Part shown: positions 1-5,443 of the stretch, one piece after another
Numbering within the stretch: position 1 is the stretch's first letter
Layout of the letters: each line of letters starts with the position of its first letter
Assembly: GCA_028713575.1 (NCBI GenBank)
Contig: JAQTOB010000013.1
Coordinates: 1-13,048 of the forward strand
Direction of reading: 5' to 3'
DNA length: 13,048 nucleotides
Source: Patescibacteria group bacterium
GTDB lineage: Bacteria > Patescibacteriota > Patescibacteriia > UBA2591 > UBA6264
The notes under the pieces: model-generated
Database searches by the model: none
What the model was told of the DNA's origin: nothing
The model's input: only the letters and a program-made list of their open reading frames with translations
Program-made: the position numbers and the translations under genes

Positions 1-2
1 TT

Positions 3-248
3 TATACAAAGTTGCCGGAGTTAAGAATTAGTTTACTGGCAGAGGCCATTAAGGACGCAAAAGCGCGGGCGGAAAAAATTGCCGAAAGTAGCGGTAAAAG
101 AATTGATGTAATTAAGTCTGCCAGTATCGGCGTGGTCCAAGTTTTGCCGGTCAATTCCGTGGAAATAAGCGATTACGGCGCTTATGACACTTCCAGCATA
201 GAAAAAGAGGTGATGGTAACGGTCAAGGCGAGTTTTAATATGAAATAG
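3..248 (+). CDS. SIMPL/DUF541-family protein, C-terminal fragment (5' end lies outside the window)
   Basis: The reading frame is open back to the window edge (frame 3, no stop from nt 3), so the TTG at 12 is probably not the true start. The sequence LLAEAIKDAKARAEKIAESSGKRIDVIKSASIG...KEVMVTVKASFNMK resembles the C-terminal half of SIMPL/YggE-like proteins as I recall them. Stop TAG at 246-248. Confidence 0.6.
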   Translation, partial: YTKLPELRISLLAEAIKDAKARAEKIAESSGKRIDVIKSASIGVVQVLPVNSVEISDYGAYDTSSIEKEVMVTVKASFNMK

Positions 249-1391
249 ATGCGTGCGAATCATTTTTACAAATTGATTATCGCCGTGATGATCTGCGAGG
301 TGGCGGGCCTTGTTGGTTCGGTTTTTACCGGGCCGGCCATTGACGGTTGGTATGCGGGTCTAATAAAGCCATCGTTTAGCCCGCCAAGCTGGATTTTCGC
401 GCCGGTTTGGACAATTTTATTCGCCCTAATGGGGATTTCATTTTTTCTGATATGGAAAAGTGATATTTTTATCAATCCTAAAGAAAGAAGAAGAGGAATA
501 ATCATATTTTTTATTCAGTTAGTTTTGAATATTTTTTGGTCAATTCTTTTTTTCGGTTTACGCTCTCCTCTTGGGGCTTTGGTGGAAATATTTTTTCTTT
601 GGTTAGCCATTCTGGCTACTGTGATCGTTTTCAGAAAAATCAAGCCAATCGGTCATTTGGCGGCTTGGTTTTTAGTGCCATACCTTTTTTGGGTTAGTTT
701 TGCCGCTTATCTTAATTATTCAATTTGGCGATTGAATGTCGCGCCGGGCAGAGAAACAATGGTCTATACGGAAGAGAAGTCGTCCGGTTTTAGCAATGAA
801 CGGGTAGAGAAAGCGATTACTGATTATCTTTTGACCCAAAATGATTTTAGCTGGAAAACGCAAAACAATAGCCACAATTTTTGCGCCATTGAAAATCTGA
901 TGCCGGAAAAAGAATTATTTCCTTTGTATACTTGGGCGTATTGCGGAGAATATATTATTCAAAATGACGAATTAAAAATATTAAGCGGTTCATCTGGTCC
1001 GACGGAGATAGATTATCCGAACGAACTTTCTTTTTATGATTTAGGCAAATTTTCCCACAGGAAACCTGGTGATGGTGCGCATTACGCTATGGACATTGAG
1101 AAGATATTTCCCGAAGAGATATGGCAAAAAATTTTTAATTTTAACCGAAAAAATATTATTAAAAAAATAGAAGACATCGCTTTAATTAATATTTCCGGCT
1201 GGGAATCAATAAAAAAAGCCGTTGATGGTTGTGAAGTAAAATCCGTTTGGCAGCATCACGACAGAACAGTTAAAGCAGAGTTGAGAAACGGAGGAGAGTT
1301 GAGCGGAGTTGAACCGATAATTGATGAAATAATGAAATTAGCAGTTGCGGCCGAACCACGATGCGGTAAAATTTTAATGGGAACGGAATAA
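249..1391 (+). CDS. tspO: TspO/MBR tryptophan-rich sensory protein (aa 1-163) fused to an uncharacterised soluble domain of about 215 aa
   Basis: The N-terminal 163 aa form five hydrophobic, Trp/Phe-rich segments with TspO-like strings: GWYAGLIKPSFSPPSWIFAPVWTILF, NIFWSILFF and YLFWVSFAAYLNYSIWRLN. The last of these is where free-standing TspO proteins normally end. The frame then continues without a stop for 217 more codons. The ATG at 249 directly abuts the upstream TAG. Confidence 0.85.
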   Translation: MRANHFYKLIIAVMICEVAGLVGSVFTGPAIDGWYAGLIKPSFSPPSWIFAPVWTILFALMGISFFLIWKSDIFINPKERRRGIIIFFIQLVLNIFWSILFFGLRSPLGALVEIFFLWLAILATVIVFRKIKPIGHLAAWFLVPYLFWVSFAAYLNYSIWRLNVAPGRETMVYTEEKSSGFSNERVEKAITDYLLTQNDFSWKTQNNSHNFCAIENLMPEKELFPLYTWAYCGEYIIQNDELKILSGSSGPTEIDYPNELSFYDLGKFSHRKPGDGAHYAMDIEKIFPEEIWQKIFNFNRKNIIKKIEDIALINISGWESIKKAVDGCEVKSVWQHHDRTVKAELRNGGELSGVEPIIDEIMKLAVAAEPRCGKILMGTE

Positions 1392-1421
1392 TATATTATT
1401 TTTTTTAAAATTTTGTTTTAT

Positions 1422-1430
1422 TTATCCACA
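1422..1430 (+). promoter_or_regulatory. Perfect DnaA-box consensus 9-mer TTATCCACA, 8 nt upstream of a TTGACA -35 element
   Basis: Exact match to TTATCCACA, read directly in the intergenic region 1392-1517. Confidence 0.5.
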
Positions 1431-1438
1431 GGGGACAT

Positions 1439-1467
1439 TTGACATAAAATTATTATGGGTATATGCT
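1439..1467 (+). promoter_or_regulatory. Candidate sigma70-type promoter for the DUF5320-led island
   Basis: TTGACA at 1439-1444, a 17-nt spacer, then TATGCT at 1462-1467 (4/6 match to TATAAT). An alternative -10 is TATATG at 1460-1465 with a 15-nt spacer. The -35 is perfect but the -10 is only moderate. Confidence 0.45.
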
Positions 1468-1517
1468 TATAACATACGGTCGGAAAAAATTTAATCAATT
1501 TATTTAATAAAAAGCAT

Positions 1518-1787
1518 ATGCCAAGATTTAACGGAACTGGACCTATGGGTTTTGGCCCGGGTACGGGCTGGGGCAAAGGTCCTTGTGGTGGTGGCCAATT
1601 TTTTGGTCGCCGAAATGGCAGACAAGGTCAAGGTTTGGGACAAAGAAGATTTTGGGGACACTACCCCGCATCGGCTCTCGACGAAAAAGAAGAAATAAAA
1701 ATGCTTTCTGACGAAGAAAACATTTTAAAAGAAGAACTTGAAGCCATAAAATCTCGTTTAACCCAGCTGAAATCTGCTAAAAATTAA
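1518..1787 (+). CDS. DUF5320-family protein (Gly/Arg-rich N-terminus, C-terminal coiled coil)
   Basis: MPRFNGTGPMGFGPGTGWGKGPCGGG followed by an FFGRRNGRQGQGLGQRRFWG tract and a heptad-like EEIKMLSDEENILKEELEAIKSRLTQLK tail. This matches the DUF5320 pattern (MPRGDGTGPMG...) that I recall next to NifX-like/DUF134 genes in anaerobes. Confidence 0.8.
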   Translation: MPRFNGTGPMGFGPGTGWGKGPCGGGQFFGRRNGRQGQGLGQRRFWGHYPASALDEKEEIKMLSDEENILKEELEAIKSRLTQLKSAKN

Positions 1788-1882
1788 AAAAATAGAAAAA
1801 ATTTTTAAGTAAAGTTAAAGGTCAAGATATTAAAAATTATTTAATATGAAATGTTTTTAATTTGCGTTAATCAATAAAAGAT

Positions 1883-2167
1883 ATGTTATCACAAATACCA
1901 ATCAATTTGGAGAAAATTGACAAGAAAAATTTGGACGCGGAAATATTAAGAGTCGGCATTATTGCCGAGTTAGACGCGGTTAATTTATATGAACAAATGG
2001 CGGCTATAGCGCAGGACGAGAACATAAAAAAAATTCTTTTAGATATTGCTAAAGAGGAAAAGACGCATGTGGGAGAGTTTCAGGCTTTATTATTAAATCG
2101 TGACCAAGAACAGGTTAAGGAAATGGTCGCCGGAAAAGAAGAAGTTAAAGAAGAAGTGGGGGAATAA
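1883..2167 (+). CDS. EncFtn-like mini-ferritin (ferritin-like/rubrerythrin superfamily, half-ferritin fold)
   Basis: IAELDAVNLYEQ and EEKTHVGEF parallel the EELEAVDWYDQ and EEKEH motifs of encapsulated ferritin. The spacing Glu29 -30- Glu59 -3- His62 equals the E32/E62/H65 spacing of the Rhodospirillum rubrum EncFtn as I recall it. The protein is 94 aa. Confidence 0.75.
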   Translation: MLSQIPINLEKIDKKNLDAEILRVGIIAELDAVNLYEQMAAIAQDENIKKILLDIAKEEKTHVGEFQALLLNRDQEQVKEMVAGKEEVKEEVGE

Positions 2168-2180
2168 TAAAACAAAATTT

Positions 2181-2519
2181 ATGAAAATCGCAATAAGTTC
2201 AATGAGTGAAAATATTGAAGGCAATGTTTCTGATGTTTTTGGCAGATGTCCATATTTTGTTATTACTGAAATAAAAGACGGTAAAATAGAAAAAACAGAA
2301 ATCGTCAAAAATGAAAGTACTGACCAGAATAGCGGAGCCGGAGTTTTAGCCGCCCAATTAATGGCGGAAAAAAATATTGAAGTCGTAATTGCCAATAATG
2401 TCGGACCAAGAGCCCTGGATGTTTTAAATCAATTTAACATTGAAGTTTATGTTGGCAAAGGAACAGTGAAAAATGTTTTACAGGATTTTATGGACAAAAA
2501 ACTTAAGAAAATGAATTAA
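2181..2519 (+). CDS. NifB/NifX-type (dinitrogenase FeMo-cofactor biosynthesis domain family) small protein, paralogue 1
   Basis: MKIAISS...VSDVFGRCPYFVITE...GAGVLAAQLMAEKNIEVVIANNVGPRALDVLNQFNIEVY is the typical single-domain Nitro_FeMo-Co fold pattern. I start at ATG 2181 rather than the ORF-track 2100, because that extension overlaps the ferritin-like gene and MKIA... is the family-typical N-terminus. Confidence 0.85.
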   Translation: MKIAISSMSENIEGNVSDVFGRCPYFVITEIKDGKIEKTEIVKNESTDQNSGAGVLAAQLMAEKNIEVVIANNVGPRALDVLNQFNIEVYVGKGTVKNVLQDFMDKKLKKMN

Positions 2520-2549
2520 TATATTGGAAAATATAATTTTATTTATTTA

Positions 2550-2576
2550 GAAAATGAAAATAAATTTTCATTTTTC
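2550..2576 (+). repeat. AT-rich inverted repeat or hairpin between the two NifX-like genes
   Basis: AAAATGAAAAT (2551-2561) pairs perfectly with ATTTTCATTTT (2564-2574). G2550 can wobble-pair with T2575. A T-rich run follows. Confidence 0.5.
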
Positions 2577-2591
2577 TTAATCATTCCAATT

Positions 2592-2951
2592 ATGAAATTA
2601 GTTATCCCCACAAATGGCAAAAATGGTTTAAATGACAAAATAGCCGAGCATTTTGGTCGTTGTGCGACTTATACTTTTCTTAATGAAAAAGGAGAAGTGA
2701 TTGAAATTATAGATAATACCAGCGAGCATATGGGTGGAATTGGCCTGCCACCTGAATTAATGAAAAAATACGGAGCAGATATTTTATTATGTCATGATAT
2801 CGGACCGAGGGCCATTAATCTATGTAAAGACTTAGGGATTGATGTTTATGTCTGCCAAGCCGATAGGGTAAAAGAAATTTTTGAATTATGGCAAAGTAAT
2901 AAACTTAAGAGGGCGGGCGTAGAAAACGCCTGTAAACAGCATAAAATATGA
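2592..2951 (+). CDS. NifB/NifX-type cofactor-binding domain protein, paralogue 2
   Basis: MKLVIPTNG...IAEHFGRCATYTF...GADILLCHDIGPRAINLCKDLGIDVY has the same fold pattern and the same FGRC motif as paralogue 1. Its TGA stop overlaps the next ATG (ATGA at 2948-2951). Confidence 0.85.
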   Translation: MKLVIPTNGKNGLNDKIAEHFGRCATYTFLNEKGEVIEIIDNTSEHMGGIGLPPELMKKYGADILLCHDIGPRAINLCKDLGIDVYVCQADRVKEIFELWQSNKLKRAGVENACKQHKI

Positions 2952-3820
2952 AAATTGCGGTCACCGGAGGAAAGGGCGGTACGGGGAAATCAATGGTTGC
3001 CACTTCCTTAGCGGTTGAATTTGCTAAAAATAAAAAAACCGTTTTATTGGATGTTGACGTTGAATGTCCGAATGACCACCTTTTACTTTCCGTTAAAAAA
3101 AAGGAATTTGTCAAGATTTATCAACCCATACCAAAATGGAACTTTAATAAATGCAATAAATGCGGCAAATGCGCTTCTGTTTGCAAACAAAATGCGATTG
3201 TTTTTGTTAAGGGTAAATATCCGGCTTTTGTAAAAGATATTTGTATTGGTTGCAAGGCCTGTATTGTCGCTTGTCCTTATGGGGCTATTTCTGAAACCAA
3301 GAAAGAAATTGGGACGATTTATACGGGCAAAAATTATAACGTGGATTTGATTTCCGGCGAACTGAAATTAGGTGAATTGGCCTCAGGCGAAGTGGTGGCT
3401 GAAGTTAGAAAAAATTCGGAAAGTATCGTTAAAAAATTAAAATCAGAAATTATTTTAATAGATTCTGCGGCCGGCATTGGTTGTCCGGTAATCGCGTCTT
3501 TAGTTGGTACCGATTATATCATAGCCGTTACCGAACCTACGCCATCGGCTTTGCACGACTTGAAAAGAGTTTTGTATTTGGCCAATCATTTTCAAATAAA
3601 ACATGGTATAGTTATTAATAAATACGATTTGGCGAAAGAATTTTATCGGGAAATAGAAAAATTTGCCCAAAAAAGCAATACCCCTGTTATTGGAAAAATT
3701 CCTTATAAAAAAGATTTTGTTGATGCAACCATAAAAATGAAACCAGTGGTTGAAATTAACCCAAATTATCAAAAGATATTTAAGCAGATAATTAATCAAA
3801 TAAATTTATCAATAAAATGA
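2948..3820 (+). CDS. MinD/ParA/CooC-superfamily P-loop ATPase with an inserted 2x[4Fe-4S] ferredoxin domain
   Basis: Deviant Walker A: KIAVTGGKGGTGKS. The DVDVECPNDH motif is present. Two cluster motifs, CNKCGKCASVC and CIGCKACIVACP, are inserted after the P-loop. A Walker B-like ILIDSAAGIGCP follows. Confidence 0.9.
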   Translation: MKIAVTGGKGGTGKSMVATSLAVEFAKNKKTVLLDVDVECPNDHLLLSVKKKEFVKIYQPIPKWNFNKCNKCGKCASVCKQNAIVFVKGKYPAFVKDICIGCKACIVACPYGAISETKKEIGTIYTGKNYNVDLISGELKLGELASGEVVAEVRKNSESIVKKLKSEIILIDSAAGIGCPVIASLVGTDYIIAVTEPTPSALHDLKRVLYLANHFQIKHGIVINKYDLAKEFYREIEKFAQKSNTPVIGKIPYKKDFVDATIKMKPVVEINPNYQKIFKQIINQINLSIK

Positions 3821-4866
3821 AAGAAAAGGTAGCTTTAATCTCAATTTTAGCCAATGTATTTTTGGCCATCGGCAAGTTAATTGTCGGATTTATATCCGGT
3901 TCTAGCGCCATTTTTGCCGAAGGATTACATTCGGGCACAGATATATTATCATCGGTTGTAAGTTTTATCGGTATTAAGATTGCCAAAAAGCCGGCGGACA
4001 AAAAACATCCTTACGGCCATTATAAATTTGAAGTTTTGGCTGGATTGGTTATAACCATAATTTTGTTTTTAACCGGCGGGTTTATTATATTGGAATCAGT
4101 TAAGGGGTTTATAAGTCCTTCTCCGGTCAGGATTGGTTATTTGTCTCTCGGCGTGATGCTGATGGCGGCCATAATAAATGAAATTATGGCGAGGTTGAAA
4201 ATTCATTATGGGAAAAAAGAAAATTCAATTTCCTTATTATCCGACGGTATTCACTCCCGGGTTGATGTTTATGGTTCATTGGCGATTTTTATCGGTTTGT
4301 TTTTGACTAAGTATTGGGTCTATGTTGACTCTCTTTTGACTCTTTTGGTCGGTTTATATATCATCAAAGAATCCTTTTCCATAGGAAAAGAAGCAGCTGA
4401 TTCCTTACTTGATGTTTCCGCCGACGAGGAAACAGAAGAAAAAATAAAATCAATTGTTAAAAAAGAAAATATTGAAATAAATTCTTTAAAAACACAGAAA
4501 AAAGGTTCAGCCGTCACTGTCAATTTGGAAATAAATTTGTCACGCAATTTAAAAGTGGAAGAGGCGACTAAGATTTCTCATCACTTAAGAGAAAAATTAA
4601 TTCAGGGTATAAAATCTCTTGAATATGTTTCAATTCAGATTGCCAGCCATGAAATTGAAATCGGATTTTATAAATCCGGTTTTAGTCGCGGTTTTAGCTG
4701 GCAAAAAAGAGGGAGATTTACACATGAAATAAAAGAAGCATCTGGTAAAGGACCCGAAGGGCATTGCGTTTGCAAAAAATGCGGTTATAAAACATTACAT
4801 CAAAGAGGAATTCCTTGTTCAAATCTTCAGTGTCCGAATTGCAATATAAATTTACAAAGAGAATAA
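3817..4866 (+). CDS. Cation diffusion facilitator (CDF) divalent-metal efflux transporter with a 71-aa C-terminal Cys-rich extension
   Basis: Six hydrophobic segments. TM2 carries HSGTD and TM5 carries HSRVD (HxxxD/HxxxD transport site). The CDF signature HPYGHYKFE is present, as is a cytoplasmic alpha/beta C-terminal domain ending near aa 278. The tail follows: GFSRGFSWQKRGRF...GKGPEGHCVCKKCGYKTLHQRGIPCSNLQCPNCN. An ATGA overlap at 3817-3820 links it to the ATPase gene. Confidence 0.9.
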   Translation: MKEKVALISILANVFLAIGKLIVGFISGSSAIFAEGLHSGTDILSSVVSFIGIKIAKKPADKKHPYGHYKFEVLAGLVITIILFLTGGFIILESVKGFISPSPVRIGYLSLGVMLMAAIINEIMARLKIHYGKKENSISLLSDGIHSRVDVYGSLAIFIGLFLTKYWVYVDSLLTLLVGLYIIKESFSIGKEAADSLLDVSADEETEEKIKSIVKKENIEINSLKTQKKGSAVTVNLEINLSRNLKVEEATKISHHLREKLIQGIKSLEYVSIQIASHEIEIGFYKSGFSRGFSWQKRGRFTHEIKEASGKGPEGHCVCKKCGYKTLHQRGIPCSNLQCPNCNINLQRE

Positions 4867-4868
4867 AT

Positions 4869-5144
4869 ATGTCCAGGCCAAGACTTTGTCGGAAAATAAG
4901 ATTTAGTCCGAATGTGACTTATTTTAAGCCTCAAGGCGTGCCTTTGAGATTGTTGGATATAGTTGAATTAACAACAGAAGAGTTAGAGGCCTTGAGATTG
5001 AAAAACGAAAAAAATTTAGAGCAGATAGAAGCCGCTAAAATGATGAAAACCTCAAGAAGCACTTTCCAAAGAATTTTGACTTTGGCCTATAAAAAAGTAA
5101 CGACGGCCTTAATTAAAGGAAAGGCGATTAAAATAATTAAATAG
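4869..5144 (+). CDS. DUF134-family predicted DNA-binding protein (sigma-70 region-4-like HTH)
   Basis: MSRPRLCRKIRFSPNVTYFKPQGVP...LTTEELEALRLKNEKNLEQIEAAKMMKTSRSTFQRILTLAYKKVTTALIKGKAIKI matches the DUF134 pattern (MPRP..R.....P....FKP.G.....L..EE.EA.RL.D..Q..AA..M.SR.TF). I start at ATG 4869, 2 nt after the CDF stop, rather than the ORF-track 4815, which overlaps the CDF tail. Confidence 0.85.
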   Translation: MSRPRLCRKIRFSPNVTYFKPQGVPLRLLDIVELTTEELEALRLKNEKNLEQIEAAKMMKTSRSTFQRILTLAYKKVTTALIKGKAIKIIK

Positions 5145-5151
5145 AAAAATT

Positions 5152-5421
5152 ATGAAAGTATTGAAATTTGGCGCCGAATGGTGTTCAGGGTGTCTAGTGA
5201 TGAGGCCCAGATGGGCGGAAATTGAGAAAGAGTTACCCTGGCTAAAGACAGAAATGTATGATTACGATAAAAATAAAGAGATGGTGGAAAAACATAAAAT
5301 TAACCAAAATCTTCCCACCTTTATTTTTCTTGATAAAAACGGAAACGAAATTACGCGTTTGGGCGGCGAACCGTCAAAAAAAGAATTACTTGCGCTTATA
5401 GAAGAACATAAGGATAAATAA
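5152..5421 (+). CDS. Small cytoplasmic thioredoxin-family protein (WCSGC active site)
   Basis: KFGAEWCSGCLVMRP...LPTFIFLDKNGNE shows a thioredoxin fold, with the CxxC at the expected N-terminal position and a cis-Pro-like LPT motif. No signal peptide is visible. Confidence 0.8.
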   Translation: MKVLKFGAEWCSGCLVMRPRWAEIEKELPWLKTEMYDYDKNKEMVEKHKINQNLPTFIFLDKNGNEITRLGGEPSKKELLALIEEHKDK

Positions 5422-5443
5422 TAAATTGATTAAGATTAAATTT

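Noticed and set aside
33-505. Minus-strand ORFs 33-263 (76 aa) and 266-505 (79 aa)
   Set aside because: They lie antisense to the SIMPL and TspO genes, which have strong family-like sequences. Their translations are low-complexity with no recognisable motifs. They are typical shadow ORFs in AT-rich DNA.
1491-1497. TTAATCA heptamer 8-20 nt upstream of several starts in the island (1491, 1867, 2577, 3792), considered as a shared regulatory or ribosome-recruitment motif
   Set aside because: The same heptamer also occurs many times inside coding regions on the + strand (for example near 7405, 10066, 10082, 11503, 11561 and 12908) and on the - strand. It appears to be a generally common word in this AT-rich genome, so I cannot show enrichment upstream of starts without genome-wide statistics.
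1827-1847. Inverted repeat ATATTAAA-N5-TTTAATAT upstream of the ferritin-like gene, and ATATGTT-N9-AACATAT at 7874-7896 upstream of the oxidoreductase
   Set aside because: These are short, A/T-only stems in very AT-rich intergenic DNA and are expected by chance. There is no supporting context.
1883-2167. An encapsulin nanocompartment operon
   Set aside because: No shell-protein-sized gene with an HK97-like sequence is present in the window, and the ferritin-like protein lacks a recognisable C-terminal targeting peptide. I kept it only as an orphan EncFtn-like finding.
2100-2180. Long N-terminal extensions offered by the ORF track (2100 for NifX-1, 4815 for DUF134, 7112 for XRE, 7308 for HEAT, 5426 TTG for the Trx-membrane protein)
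   Set aside because: Each extension overlaps the 3' end of the preceding well-supported gene and adds residues foreign to the family. Internal ATGs at 2181, 4869, 7166, 7350 and 5444 give family-typical N-termini. The 5426 alternative cannot be fully excluded.
2093-2395. Minus-strand ORF of 100 aa over the ferritin/NifX-1 junction
   Set aside because: It is antisense to two well-supported genes. Its Phe/Ile/Ser-rich translation mirrors the Lys/Glu-rich sense strand.
2905-3233. ORFs 2905-3114 (-) and 3015-3233 (+, alternate frame) inside the ATPase gene
   Set aside because: Both lie wholly within the MinD/4Fe-4S ATPase gene, whose frame shows Walker A and two ferredoxin motifs. Neither shows a motif of its own.
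2181-3820. A nitrogen-fixation (nif) cluster, on the basis of the NifX-type domains and the NifH-like P-loop ATPase
   Set aside because: No nifD/K, nifE/N, nifB radical-SAM domain or nifH signature (the Cys97/Cys132-type cluster ligand context) is present. The ATPase is of the MinD/CooC type with a ferredoxin insert. The family name is historical.
2948-3820. Alternative genetic code (UGA as Gly or Trp, as in some candidate phyla)
   Set aside because: TGA ends the NifX-2 gene (2949-2951) and the ATPase gene (3818-3820) at family-typical lengths, each in an ATGA overlap with the next start. The standard code 11 therefore fits.
3500-4547. Minus-strand ORFs 3500-3799, 3792-4001 and 4320-4547
   Set aside because: They are antisense shadows of the ATPase and CDF genes, with no start context or recognisable domains.
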